Assembly: GCF_023055435.1 (NCBI RefSeq)
Contig: NW_025963890.1
Span: 64,790,001 to 64,854,000, forward strand
DNA: 64,000 nucleotides
Reading direction: 5' to 3'
From: Haliotis rufescens
Lineage: Eukaryota
Shown here one piece after another: positions 13,601 to 64,000 of this stretch. Position numbers and translations under genes: made by a program. The notes under the pieces were generated by a model, which worked only from the letters and a program-made list of their open reading frames with translations, did not search any database and was not told where the DNA came from. The first letter of the stretch is position 1; every line of letters starts with the position of its first letter.

Positions 13601-14602
13601 TAATTCTGCGAAATCGATAACAAAGCAGGGACCTGTTGTGATTCAGGGTAGGAATATAGGTCCCCAGCAATCTATGTCCAGACTCGATTATTTACAGATC
13701 ACCGTCATATATCTGGATTATTGCTGAGTACAGCCTTATATAACAAAGAAACAAATATAACATGCCCATTATTGAACTTTATCCGAAAGGATGACTCGTT
13801 TCAGTTTGATGAAGGTGAAAGTCACCCTACATTTTACATCGACCTGTGAAGATCCGGGTCTTCAGCAACCCATGCCTATCGTAAGAGGCGACTATGCTTG
13901 TTGCAAGAGGCAGCTGTGTGGATCGGGTGGTCAGCCAAGATGACTTTGTTGATTGTATGTCATCATTCGCAATTACGTGGATCGATGCTCATGATGTCAC
14001 TCGTAGGTTGTCTGGTCCAGTCCATTATTTACAGACCGCCGTCATATTGTTGGAATATTGCTGAGTGCGGCGTTGAACAATACACACAACAACAAAACAA
14101 CAAGAAAACAGGTCCTCATCTAATCTCAGCTGAATATGGCAGAAGGCTATCTCATTTTGTTTGAAGCCCAGGAATTTGAGCATCCTCAGATTTTCCATTT
14201 TTTCAAGTGAGGTATCCTCACCTTGTATAGACAGATACCGTTCAGGTAATCTACTTTGCATCGAATTTTACACATAGTTTACCGTCAGAAAACATTTCTA
14301 TTAAGTTCCCCCATATTAAAATACGGATCCTCACATTGTAAAGATCGATAAATTGGAGATCGTGCAGTTAATGTACTTGTTTTAATACGTTCCTTTAACA
14401 CGCCTCTTCTCCTGAAGCCAAGGGGTTCCGTGACCTATCCAGTGCCCTAGTGATGCCAGTGATGGTGGTGTCAGCCTCTATCGTCTGCTGTAACCTCTGC
14501 CTCCTCTTCACCTGTCTTGTCTTCAAATGGAGGAGGGACGAGAAGCAGATACCACGCCCCGGCACCAACACCGAGGCGCTCCTGACACCCCAGGCTGAGT
14601 AG
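1646..14602 (+). CDS. MEGF10/SCARF-like single-pass receptor: EGF + degenerate F-type lectin (galactose-binding-like) domain + 7 EGF modules + TM + short tail; 5' exon(s) not found
   Basis: 11 AG/GT-bounded exons, all introns phase 1, joined in frame: 1646-1783, 2123-2293, 3230-3424, 5857-5997, 6986-7120, 8067-8204, 8384-8521, 8846-8983, 10057-10194, 13418-13555, 14418-14602 (TAG). EGF exons follow C..G.(Y/F/W)G..C...C..C....C....G.C...C..GW.G..C. The last exon encodes AKGFRDLSSALVMPVMVVSASIVCCNLCLLFTCLVFKWRRDEKQIPRPGTNTEALLTPQAE*. Confidence 0.9.
2123..3424 (+). CDS. Two exons (2123-2293, 3230-3424) encoding an F-type lectin / F5-8C-like domain of the + strand receptor
   Basis: NIVFNMAASIS...TTDGDVTTCISS...WMVDL...MRIR / ...VYVG...C...FTCDKPVAGRYVGI...LITVCEVEIF matches the F-type lectin scaffold (DG..C, W.VDL, C..GRYV.I, CEVEI). 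Confidence 0.75.
3425..5731. repeat. 45-bp minisatellite (GAAGTATTCATTAAGCTAGACTTGGGGTATACTGTATATCAGGCT), with 21-22-bp sub-repeat variants
   Basis: Period 45 (e.g. 3901 vs 3946); starts at the splice donor of exon 3230-3424. Confidence 0.95.
8522..8740. repeat. 34-35-bp minisatellite (GTGAGTCTGTAGGGGCGGGGCATCCTGTACAGTAG), ~6 copies
   Basis: Tandem copies start exactly at the donor of exon 8384-8521. Confidence 0.9.
10600..13151. repeat. 54-56-bp intronic minisatellite (TATACAGTCTACTCCACCATATTAGGAAGGTATATATGAGAATAATAGCACATCTG), ~45 copies
   Basis: Direct inspection of tandem copies. Confidence 0.95.
13238..13413 (+). mobile_element. tRNA-derived SINE, family A, abutting a splice acceptor
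   Basis: Same sequence as 228-389; flanked by CCA(A/G)CATGT. Confidence 0.85.
13841..14100 (+). mobile_element. SINE-like retroposon, family B
   Basis: Aligns with 27929-28200. Other copies on the - strand near 6310-6525, 7140-7365, 18315-18470, 22990-23215, 36560-36745, 43430-43637 and 46240-46469. Confidence 0.75.
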
Positions 14603-15027
14603 CCCGAGCCCCTAGACCCGAGGCCCGGGACCCGAGACCCTAGACCCGAGACCCGAGAGCTCAGACTGATGTCATGTCAGTGTTGAAGACCATCTGATTT
14701 TGTTACTATTGTCATTGGGTGGAATTGCATTATCACTGCCCCAGCACTGAAGCTGAAAAATGAATGAGTGAGCTGGGTGATGAACAATATTTCAATTATC
14801 TCACGGCGTGACAGCTTAATGTGAGGGGGAGCGGAGGTGAGGCAGGTTTATAACTTTGATGCAGTCCACGAGCGTGGGCGGGGGGATAATGCTGTTTGAC
14901 AAAGACTATACTTGTGCAGATCTAGGCGATGAACTCTCCATGATCGGACAGTAAAATGAAATGCGAGAAGTATTTTGTGTATCAATAATGCATGATGAAT
15001 TTATATTGTATGTTACTGAATGGTTTG

Positions 15028-15033
15028 AATAAA
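15028..15033 (+). terminator. Candidate polyadenylation signal of the + strand receptor
   Basis: AATAAA ~430 nt after the stop codon. Confidence 0.45.
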
Positions 15034-17199
15034 GATGTAAGAGAATGGAAATGTTGTTAGTGAGTACATGACGATTTGAGTATCATTCTCACTGGCAGAC
15101 CATAGGAGGCCCACTTTCTAACAAGTGAATGCAGTCTGTCCTGTGCATATATAACGCCCTCCCATTGTAGCTTTGAGCTAATCATTGAGTATTGAATCTG
15201 CAGTGAAAGATAAATGAGCGGAATCTTTGTATTGCACAACTCACCTAAAGAGAGTGAGTGAGTTTGCTTCAACGCTGAAGTATTTTAGTATACATTCCGG
15301 CGTGTCAGCTTGTTGTGGTTGGAGCCATCTTAGACGTTTGGTGAAACCACGAGCACGGGTGTGGTTCTGACTAACCTGTAAAGACAATCATGGCGAACTG
15401 GGATTCAAACCTACAACCCATTTCTAGTGACCCCGCCGTGATATTGCTGGAATATTGCCAAGAGCGGCGTAAAACCATACTCACTCACTCCCTATGGTCT
15501 GAAATGGACTCGCCTTGAAATAAGGTTATATATTTTATGATCCCGATGATTTCTTATTGAACGAATTTTGATTATATTTAACGTCGTGGGTCTCTGCTAC
15601 AAGAAGGGCCAGTCCATCCTTTATAATGTGGAACAGCTATGCTTGGTGTCTGTGCGGTATGGCCTAACGATGGTAAAATCAGGCGTCAACACCACTCTGC
15701 CCTCTGGTTGTCGGGGCTTACCACTGGTTCAGTCAATATATCAAGCTATCAACTTTTATTACATGTTTTCACGCATTTGGTTTATTACACAAGCGCAGGT
15801 TATATGTAAGGGTACTTTGTGAGACATTCCATATCATCGTTAAAAACCTTGTAACATAATACACGATAGCATCCTAGTTCACACGGTCAAGACTCTCATT
15901 CTAGCTACAGACAACGGCTGTGCGTCCTTAATGACTCGATGTCAAGGCTCTCGTTCGAAATTTGTTGTATTTGACGCACCTTAAGACATTTTAATGAGGT
16001 TACCCTGTTTGCTTAGTATGTTTTCACGTTTCATTTGACACAAGGAGGCGTTGTCACTTTCAATGTTACTCAAACGTTTTTGGAGAGAAATTGTGAGAGT
16101 TACGTGTTCATATACACTCTACTTGCTCTGTGCATTGTGATCATCTGCACCCTGTTGATATACAGAGGCAGCTCTGCAGTGCCCCATGCTTGTTGCAATA
16201 ACGTGTCATCATGCTAGTCGTGTGTCGTGGTCGTACCTCGACGGCATTGGTCGTTGCTCATGTTGTTGACCATTAATTTACTTCGCCAGACCCGACTATT
16301 TACAGGTCGCGATGATATAAACTGCCGGGCAAAAGAAAGTATACTTCTGCAATTAGATTGGACTAAAAGCGTTACAAACGTTACTAGGCTCAAAACAGTC
16401 GCCGAAACACAGGAAACTTGAGGTCCAAGACACAACTATGACACCCGTATCAAATACATCGCCATCGATTAACCATTTCTTGTTTGTTTCATGTTTCAGC
16501 ACCATGAAACATGGATGTATACTTTCTTGTGCCCGGTAATGTTTTGTTGACTGCAGCATAAAACAAAATTCCCCCGCATCCACGAAGAACCCCGTTGACC
16601 GAGAGTAATGAGAACCATTGATATAAAGGTCACCTAGGAATGTTGATCAGAAGAATATGATTTTATTAATGTCTTGTAGAATACAAATAAACTTTTGATA
16701 TATATATAAGGGCTCACGCCCGGACTGTGTAATAATGTAGAATGTACTAATGAGGTGAAGTCATGAAAAGTATTATATTATTCATATTTACGACGAATAC
16801 ACACACCTACTGAGTTTCGGAAATAATTTCCCTTATCAGTGAGAAGAAGTTGTCTCAGGAACACCATTAAAAGAAATAATTGATTTAATATCCTTTATGT
16901 CAGGGAAACTCACAGGAGGCCTGCAAATCCAGTGCTAAATGCAATCTGAATTATGACAGCGGGGCAAAGGTACCCAAGAAATCACAAATCTGCCTTTTAG
17001 CATCGCTCACCCAGGCATAAATGTCACTTCAATGACTTCATGTAAAATTTATTCCCGTCAATATCGCCTTGTCACCATTATGCTCCTGTTGATACCACAG
17101 CCTAATATTTTATGACATGTAATTTGTCAGTTTGTTTATTCTGAATAGTGTCGTTTTCATCACGTCAATTAATCGTGTCCGGATGCTTGCCCGGGGCTA

Positions 17200-17302
17200 C
17201 GACAGAAAACAGTTAGGGAACGGTCGATAGCTGGTGTGCTTCACTCGGAAGACTTTTCAGGCTTGTTGCCATCTCCTCAATGCACGTGTGACCGACCACC
17301 AG
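17200..17302 (+). other. Putative non-coding 5' UTR exon of the GPCR (5' boundary approximate)
   Basis: Strong donor CAG|GTAAGT at 17302/17303, and an acceptor ATTGTTTTAG| ending at 20045, just upstream of the GPCR ATG. Confidence 0.4.
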
Positions 17303-19897
17303 GTAAGTGCAAATCTGAAATATCTTTCTTCACACAAAACTTTATAATATTATTTTCAGAACAAGTGAAAGTCAATTATGATTTCATTTGAAAAATAAGA
17401 TTACCTTGAGCGAGGCAGGTTAATGAAAATTATTACATCAAAGTGATGCATAGCTTGATTAATGTACGAACGCTTATTTTCAAATGGCAATAGCTTAGTC
17501 TTTGTTTAGTTGTTCTGAAAGTTTTTTTAGATCTAATGTAAACTTCATAAATGCCGCCACCCGTTTGTAAACAAAATCGTGCAATATTTATACATTTCTA
17601 TATTTCTTCAGTTTGCAAGAATACACAAGTAGAGGGTCGGTCATATTATATGTTACCTTTAAAGCAATCTCGAAAGGGAAGAAAACTAACAAAGTATTGT
17701 TTCATTTATGGAATAGGACTTTATCGAGCCGAGGTAATAATGGTCTTAATACATGCTTCGACCTGAGCGACCAAAACATTTTCATAATAATAAGAAATAT
17801 CTGTAAGAGCGGAGTCCATTTTACAATTCCAACTACTAACACATCCTAAACATGTGTTTATGAATCACTGTCAGATAGTGATGACACCACGTGTTCGCGA
17901 AACGGTGATCAAGCCGTTATCAATGACATACAATTATATTTCTAAATCTGCCCTCGATAGACACAATCAGCAGTTATGGTCTCCGATTATCTCTTGCTCA
18001 TTGTCTGTTAGTTTGATTCAGTTTGGACAGAGTTTAATACAGAAAGGAGGCCATATTTTACATGGAATCAGAGTTGAAGTCATAGACTCATGGCACATGC
18101 ATCTAATGGGGCCTTTACACAGGATGGCGACCTTCGTGCCTCCAGTGCGCAGCCATAAAATTTGCCAGGTCGTCGTTGGAGGCTCAAAGGAGGCACAAAG
18201 GTCGTTGCCCTGTGTAAAGGGGGCTTAATAGGGACACGGTGAACAGACCCAACATACTGTAAATCTTAAAATTAACGCGAGCGTGAATTATATGTAGTTG
18301 TCATACTAAGATTGTGTTTGTTTGTTCCTTAACGTCGCACTCAGCAATATCAGCTCTATGAGGCGGCCTGTAAATAATCAAATCTGGACCAGACAATTCT
18401 GTGATTGATATTATGAGCATCGGTCGGGGTGAGATGACACTCAATCAACCTGACCGCCCAATCCGTTTTGCAGCTGCTAGGGGAGTTAGTCGTACTTTTT
18501 TAAATCCATAACGAAATAGAGTCCAGATTGTTACAGTGTTGTAATACATTCACACTACCTATATGATCGAATGTATACATACAAAGAATCCTGCAAAAGG
18601 TTATATGTGAAAATATGGATGCCTCCCACACTCTTGATGCGCTTTTGCACATATCTTTGCTCCATATACCTGGAGTCTTGTCGTGCCAACTAATACTATT
18701 GTCATGCAAACATGCCAAGACTGGACCCAGTGAACTCTATAAATGTTTTATGACTCAGATTATCCCAACTAACGTTTTCGCATTACGATCACATGAAACA
18801 GCCCTTATCTCGTCTTACGTCAGATATATCCATAACAGCTGTCTTTTATTGCGTCAATTAGCCCAACTACATGGAGAACGCCCCTGCACAATAAAGCCAT
18901 TGACTTGTTGCAATACGCTTTTCATTGCCGTAATAAACATGACGATAAATTGGAATCAAAACGCAAAGTCTTTTGATGTATAATATATTGTCAACGTAAG
19001 AGAATAACCTGTCTCGATTATCCATCGGGCACAAAAGGCAAAATAGCGATGAAATTGATATGAATGGATCATTAAAAGTCAGAGGTGACGGAACGTGTTC
19101 GCGAAAAGGGTAAGCATGTTCTGTTCTACTAGTAGCACCTACCACACACACAATTTGCATAAAGGTGTAAGTGTTTGTTGCCTGAACGACGCAAAGCAGT
19201 ACTCCTGCCATGCGACGCGCAGCCTGTAAACAAACCACACAATCAAGTGATCGATGGACAATAAAATCCAGTGACACGATAGCGTTTTTACTGATTCTGT
19301 TAAAACTGAAAACGATATGTTAATTTTGGATAACGTCTTCTGTGTACAAGTACAAAGATTCTGCTGCTTATAAAATATGTTCGTTTTGCAAACACAATAG
19401 TTGGCAGGTTTATAATGTCTCAGCCAAAACATTTTTCTTGTAGTTGATACAGCTTAATTAATAAATTCTACTGACCTTATGGTGGAAATCGGAGACTTTA
19501 GTCCACCAGAAGAAACATCGACCCCGTTCAAGTAAAAATAAAACGTCAAAATCCATAGAATAACCAGTCTTGAGTATCCGCCGAAACACATTTCATTGGG
19601 CACAGACAAAAGGCAAGTTCATTTGGATTGATCTGAACATGTATCTGTTAGAAACTACTGTAGATGGATAGAAGCTTTCGAAATGAAAAGACCGAAAGGA
19701 GCAATATCTATTCTTTGTTTAGGGTGATTACAGTTTGATGAAAGCATGCTTAAAATACATTTATCATTTTGAAAAGAAGTTAAATTGCATCGTTGAAGTT
19801 GTCTTTTCGTGTCACATATGTCAAAAATGAAACATAGGTAGCATAGATATTTTTATAAATTTAAAACAAATATCTTAACTACATATGAATGCAGGAC

Positions 19898-19977
19898 AAC
19901 AATAATAAAACATGTTTGCTCTGCTTGTTACATGAGGCTTCATGTAACAAGCAGAGCAAACATGTTTTATTATTGTT
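19898..19977. repeat. Perfect 38-bp inverted repeat with 4-nt spacer
   Basis: AACAATAATAAAACATGTTTGCTCTGCTTGTTACATGA-GGCT-exact reverse complement. Confidence 0.95.
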
Positions 19978-20064
19978 TGGAATAACGATTGGAATCACTA
20001 TTCTGTCTTAAGGCACGTTGATGACAGATGATTACATTGTTTTAGATCCATTACCAACACAACC

Positions 20065-21051
20065 ATGAATGCAGCGGTGGATGCACTGGCCCAAACACTT
20101 AACGCTACCAACGTCACCGGTGGATCCAAATCGCAAGGGTTACCTCCCCTGTTGCTCGGTTTCGCCATCGCTCAGCCATTCATCTGGTTCTTCATGTTTA
20201 CAAGTAACCTCATTGTGTTGATAGTTTACAAACGCTACCTGGGATTTAAAGTACACACAAATGTGTTCGTATATAATATATCGGTTGTGGATTTTTGCAT
20301 GTCGTTTAACATGCTTTTTCAAATGTTGTTTTTCCTTCTACCTAAACTGAATTCGACGGAGTTCCTTTGCATGTTTCAAATGGAACTAATGAGTTTCTTA
20401 ACGACAGTGTCACTGCTTAGTGGCATATTTGCGACAATAGACCGGTTTTTGATAATCGTGTACAACAACCAGTACCACAACATAATGTCGATGCGGAACG
20501 TAAAGATCATGGTGGCCGTTGCCTGGATTTACTCCTTCTGCTACGCAGGGGTGCCGTTTTTCGTCAACAATTGGGACATTTACCCCAAATGTGAATTTGT
20601 CCGTGTTGTCCCAGCATGGTATATCGGATTTGGATCTTGTCAACAAATACTGTCAACAATCTGCGAAATCTGTTTCTACGTTGCAATATTTCACGTCGCC
20701 CACAGTCGACGCCGTAACGTCAGTCGAGAAGCTGGATCCGCCAGGCGAGAACAGAGCTTACGAGGTGCAAAGTTCATGGGTGTTGTTCTGATTGTGTACT
20801 CCCTTTGCTGGACCCCCTTTGCCATACTGGGCCTCATTCAGATCTTCAGTTACCATCCTGTGCTAACGTACGTCCGAATGACATCGGTATACCTCGGAAT
20901 ATCCAACTCTCTTCTCAATCCTATCGTTTACGCGTGGCAGAAAAGGGATTTCAGGGACGGGTGTAAGCGACTGCTTCGCTGTCCTAGGTCAAAGGTCAAC
21001 CCCAGCAGCGGGTCAAGGGCAATTTGGAACACGACCCAGAGAGAGTCGTGA
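20065..21051 (+). CDS. Class A (rhodopsin-like) GPCR, 328 aa, single coding exon; ligand not assignable
   Basis: Seven hydrophobic segments; N-terminal sequons NAT and NVT; DRF at the end of TM3; TM4 Trp; CWTPF in TM6; NSLLNPIVY in TM7; TM3 and ECL2 cysteines; start context ACCATG. Confidence 0.95.
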   Translation: MNAAVDALAQTLNATNVTGGSKSQGLPPLLLGFAIAQPFIWFFMFTSNLIVLIVYKRYLGFKVHTNVFVYNISVVDFCMSFNMLFQMLFFLLPKLNSTEFLCMFQMELMSFLTTVSLLSGIFATIDRFLIIVYNNQYHNIMSMRNVKIMVAVAWIYSFCYAGVPFFVNNWDIYPKCEFVRVVPAWYIGFGSCQQILSTICEICFYVAIFHVAHSRRRNVSREAGSARREQSLRGAKFMGVVLIVYSLCWTPFAILGLIQIFSYHPVLTYVRMTSVYLGISNSLLNPIVYAWQKRDFRDGCKRLLRCPRSKVNPSSGSRAIWNTTQRES

Positions 21052-21166
21052 ATTAATTTTAAGAAAGAGAAATGACTGAAAAACTTTGCCAATGGGACTC
21101 TTAAGATTACACGAGGGAACAGGGGGATCTATTTGTTGTGGAGGGTTAAAGTGATGCAGAGTACCA

Positions 21167-21303
21167 CTATAGGCGGATCAAGAGGGTCTGCCCACCCCCA
21201 ACCCCAAATGTAGTATGTTGTAGACAATCCTGCCCACCCCCAACTGAGAGAGCATTTTGAATTTTTGGACCCCTCCCTTTGAAGAATTCTGGATCCGCCC
21301 TTG
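21167..21303. mobile_element. Small MITE downstream of the GPCR stop
   Basis: GGCGGATC...GATCCGCC inverted ends flanked by direct repeat GTACCA (21161-21166, 21304-21309). Confidence 0.65.
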
Positions 21304-24300
21304 GTACCATGACCGTATAACACGTCTCCCAGTGGTATCAAGTTTCAGAACCTTGATGTAAAGGTTCAGACACAGCAGGACCATATATTAATGTTAATGA
21401 CCCCGAGAACTCCTCATCCGCATGTTTTGCCTTACCTGCAGGACCTCTTGTGTGAATGGTATAATCTTGATATTGATGTCTACGGCTTGTTGGCATGCTT
21501 AAATTAACATTCATATAACAGTCAGATAAGTTAGAACTTAGATGGCACTTGTGATATGATGCAGTACAACATGGATTGGCATACGAGGTTGGTCACTGAA
21601 TCTTTTAGCACCCACAATCAGGAAGTTACTTCATCTTTTACTCGTAATGTGTGTATTGTCCATTTTTAAGTTGAGCCTTCTCTTTGCCTTGTTCGTTACC
21701 GCTCCATCGATCTTAATTATAAAGACATGGTCATTTCAACTTTGTATCGTCGTTTTGTTATGGTCGGTTATGTACACGTTTGAATTTCAGACAACGCATC
21801 CTGACAAACAAATACACTTTGTAAAACAGTTCAACATGTTTTTTCTCATTGAAATATTGCGTAAGATCGCTATACTCCGAAACAAAATATGACCACATGC
21901 TATGTATGTTTTAGTATACTTTCACTTGTACTTTTGGCCCTCGAAATCCCAGTCGTCCTAGGCACAGCTGTTCGCTGTGGAGAATTTCGTCCCTTCGCCG
22001 TGCCAAAAACCTGTAATAGTGGGTTCGAATCTCACATTCTCCCTGATCATGTTTCTAGGTTTGTCAGCACCATACCCGTGGTCGTGGGTTTCACCACAGT
22101 GAAAAAACCATCTAAGACCGTTCCTCTCACACCAACATGACACGCTGTGATATATACTGAAATATCCTTCAAGGCGGCGTTAAACCCTCACTCGCACACT
22201 ATGCGTTAATCTCCGTGACTAGACTATTTTAAATTCACCTTGCGTACTATTAAATATAACATACAGATAAGACATTCGAAATTCAGATGGAATGGTACCG
22301 AGACGAAATAAATGGAAGAAACTAGACTTTAAGTCACGATGACGTCCAACAACGAATACTCCACATTTTCTACAGTAATCGATTACCTAGTGCCTTCTGT
22401 TGGGGCAATGGCACCAGGTGATCCACTGATAACATGCCGGAGGTTTCTCCTTGTATATATCATTGCTATTAAGACAACACCAATTCATCAAAGCCATCAA
22501 CGTGTTTCATTATTGATAGGAGGGTTCTGTATCAGTAAATTATCCCTGCCCCCTACGGAATATAAACAAGGCTGTATAGCACGGCGTTTGATTTATTCAA
22601 TTAGAGCACATCAGCCACATTTCCCCAGGCCTTGCATGATTGCTTCATATTTTACGTTACCATGGATACAGATGTAAACTCATGTAAATACAGTGCACAA
22701 TTTCGTTGTTGATATGACTCACATTTCTCGTTTAGATCATGTTTTAAAGGGGTAAAATATACGAAACAGATATCCGCACCCTGAGGGAAGACCTGGACAC
22801 AATGGCTGTGGTTCTACGAGGAGAAACAAACCAATCAGTAATCCAGCAATATCGCGGCGGGGAACACCAGAAATAGAATTCAGAAATTGTATCCATTTGT
22901 GGAATCGAACCTGGACTTTCGCCGTGAGGAGCGAAGACTTTAACCACTAAGCTAACCCACCGCCCCTAAATTGAATTCAAATTAATGTGAGTGAATGTGT
23001 TTTTACGTCACAGTCATAAACATTCCAGGTGTATAATATCAGGCAGTAAATAATCGAATCTGATTCAGAAAAAAACAGTGACTGACAGCATGAGCAACGA
23101 TCCACGCAACTCGGGTACGATGACACCTTAATGACTAACCCGCACCCCCTGAGCTGAATCACCGAGCGCTACCACCAGATTTTCTTCAGTCAGCTCTTAC
23201 GACAAGCATGGGCGTGGGATGCTGGGGACCTCACCCGTAATCCTCACTCGCAGTGTCGTCCTTCTTCAGTGTTTTCAGTATGCATTAAAGCGACAGAACC
23301 CTGTCCATATTCATAAGAAATCTCTGCCAACAGCTTCCGACTATATCATGAACATGTGTTTATGAATCACTATCAAATAGTGATGATACCAGGTGTTCGC
23401 GAAGAGGTTTCACCGTCACAAACAAATACAAAGGCAAGCCAATTGTTCACCTGAACATATGGTACAAAACCAATACTTGTAAAGGCCGACTTGTAAAGAA
23501 AGACGCACAACTTGTGATAATTAGGATGCTTTTATTTGTTAGAAATAGAAAAAATATAAGTTTTCAAATAAAAAGTATAAAAATAGCAACAAAAAGAAAA
23601 TAAATATAGAATATTCTGAAACAATACATGCAATATAACTAAAAATACATGTCAGGTGTTGTGCTGACATCTAGATCTCACTTGTATCGTTAACCTTTCC
23701 CTCCAATCACCTGAACAGGTCGGGACATTCACGAACGTTTTGTCCAGTTGACTGATTAATGTCAACGTCCATGCTACAAGCGTGTTCACGCTGGTGAGTG
23801 TCTAGTTTGCATACATGAAAACATGTAAATGAACAATGCCAAACAATTTCTAATGTCGATCTTTCATTTATAGGAACTTTGTGTTCCGCACAACTAATTC
23901 TGTTGAAATAGAATCAAACACGGTATTTTTGAGGCGACAGTATGAGATTGTGTGAGTCGTGTTTTCCAGACCGACAGCGGCATTAAAGTATTAATAGGAT
24001 ATTTTATCAGGATAACACTAAAATGAAGTATTTTGATTATATTACAACATAAACAAATAAATGAATGAAAAACGAGCAAGTTGAACAACACAGTTAAACT
24101 GCAAACCACGACTGAACATACCTCTAAATCTTAAATTTCAATTTCAATTGTATTTGTTCAAGTAACTGTCCACTGTTACTGGTTTGTTCTGGGGCTTAAA
24201 ACACATCCCTACTTTCTCAGACTTTCATTACATCCCTACTTGCGCCAGGTACATGGTACAGGGCGCTTAGCCATTTCACGAGGACCTAAACAAGTTTTTT

Positions 24301-25559
24301 TATCCATCGGTTGTACGTTTTTAGTACATGTTGATGAGGACAATAGGAAATGTAGAGCACACATAAGCTTTTTTAACAAAGGATTGCCTCAACTTCAGAA
24401 TGAACATTGTAATATAGGTAACATTACATAACACAACATTGTACATATTATTCACTAAGCCTTTACATTTTATACATAAAAAAATGTAATAGTTATTTTC
24501 ACAATGTTTTGGCGTGTATCGCCGAAGCCGAGGTTGACTATTACACGTCCTCAAATTATAGGATACAGGTTCGAACCTGCTGGCAACACAAGTTTTCGGA
24601 CAAAACTTGGAATCATTCACTTGATTGTCAAAATACAAAGTAGTTCCATTAATTCCAAGCGTACATTATATACCTCCAACTGTCCAATTATGGAAAATAA
24701 TGGATCGTTTAAAAATATAGAGTCTGGGCTTTAATTTAATTCACACTTTCCAGATGACTTTGCTCATCGATATATACGCCTAAAGTGGACTCTAAACAAC
24801 AGCCGACATGCAAGTGAAAAATCTAAATTTACATACACTTTTAAGTAGGAACAATTTACAAGGATAGACTGTCCCTACACCAGGAACAATAAACGGGAAA
24901 TCTGTCTGAAAGTAGCATTAAGGAAACGCAAACCTTCTAGACCAATCAGACGTTTGAGGTTTTTTTATTGTTTGATGAGTCACTTTTTAACAATAGAAAT
25001 AACTGTTACGAGGATATCCCGCGTTTGCAGCTAAAATTATAATCTAAGGAGGAAAGTTATTAAACAAAAATTAAACAGTAATTTATATAAAATGAATCAA
25101 AAACAAATAATCAAAGTAACTGAAAATACTGACAAGTTGATATCAGCCTGACAATACGAGGTATTCAGGAAAATATATATCGTCATACCCTTTTGTAAAC
25201 ATATCTTGATTTTATCTGATCTTAATCTACGTCGCACTATGTGGTAACAAAGACAATAGTCTTGGGCAATAATATTTAAGAACGAACCAAAAGTACTCTC
25301 AAAAAAGTATTCACATTGACGAGACCGATCTGAAAAGAAATATGTCAGTTATATATCTTTAATGCTTCTGAGATAGTATTCAGATTCTTTCACGTAAACA
25401 ATTCTCACAGAGTGGACTTGAAATCAATTGAAATAACACAAAAATTGTATTTATATTTTCAATAAATGAAAGAAACCACGAGTAACAAAGTGGAATTATA
25501 ACAACGTTAAAAAGAAAAACACAAAGAACAAGTTAACTGAACTCAATAAAACATTCTTC

Positions 25560-63333
<37,774 letters not shown>

Positions 63334-64000
63334 CTGTAAATTAACACCAATTGTTCCAATGAGAAGTAGATTTTGTACGAAACATCGTGAGCGTTGTATG
63401 GTTAGCAACTGTATCGTTGGGCACTGCAGGACCGGACTTCCAGTGTTTTGTGTTATACTTGAAAACAACTCACATAAAATGATAGCAATAATATTTTGCT
63501 TCACTGTGCGATGATATCTGGTGTATTCTCAGCACAGGTGCCGGCAAAATTAGAATCAACCGAAATAATTGTGAAACGATCCGTTTATTAGCCAGAAAAG
63601 AGCAGAGAACCTTCAGTATCACAGTAGCATTTAAGTACCATACAGTTATGCATAATGAACTGCTCATGCCACAGCAACGCACTACATCAGTATATATGAT
63701 ACAAAAAGAATACCAGTTTCAAATGAATTGTCAACGTATTTTTCCAACTGATGCAGTTACGAAAAATCAGGGCTCTTCACGTCTGTCTTCTGGAGCAATG
63801 CCAACAGATCCAGGTCAGCTAATATTTGATTTGCAATAGTAAGGATTCCAGGGTTTCGTTAAAAGGATCATGCCCCACTGGTGTATGATTTGAAATCTTC
63901 GTAAGAAGAACATGAGAAATGGCTATTGACCATTATACAACGAAGCATAAAGTTTTCCATGACAATTTCCAGTATTCGGTACAAAACCATTACTTTCTGC

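Noticed and set aside
17854-19432. 97-136-aa ORFs upstream of the GPCR
   Set aside because: No recognisable motifs; they overlap dispersed repeat fragments in a probable 5' UTR intron.

Overview
Eukaryotic, intron-rich, AT-rich animal DNA. The SINE families and gene content point to a mollusc, probably a gastropod such as abalone (inference). Three genes were reconstructed by hand from splice sites. (1) + strand, 1646-14602: a 5'-incomplete single-pass receptor, EGF - degenerate F-type-lectin/galactose-binding-like domain - 7 MEGF10-type EGF modules - TM - short Tyr-free tail. (2) + strand, 20065-21051: a class A GPCR with a single coding exon. (3) - strand, 25560 to at least 63333, 5' end not seen: a receptor protein tyrosine phosphatase with an EGF ectodomain, TM, intact D1 and degenerate D2. 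The main observation is that the ~1.3-kb tandem repeat filling ~49470-64000 is not simple satellite. Each of its 11 units carries an intact 129-nt phase-1/phase-1 exon encoding a 43-aa, 8-Cys EGF-like module, in frame with the phosphatase and missed by the ORF track. Copies 2-11 differ at only three non-synonymous sites, which are shuffled between copies. This suggests a receptor phosphatase with an expandable or variable ectodomain built from an exon array. Introns also hold SINEs (one apparently re-created a splice acceptor through its target-site duplication), minisatellites derived from splice donors, MITEs/foldbacks, mariner and Tc1 remnants and degenerate hammerhead-like palindromes. All calls are by eye; no searches were run.
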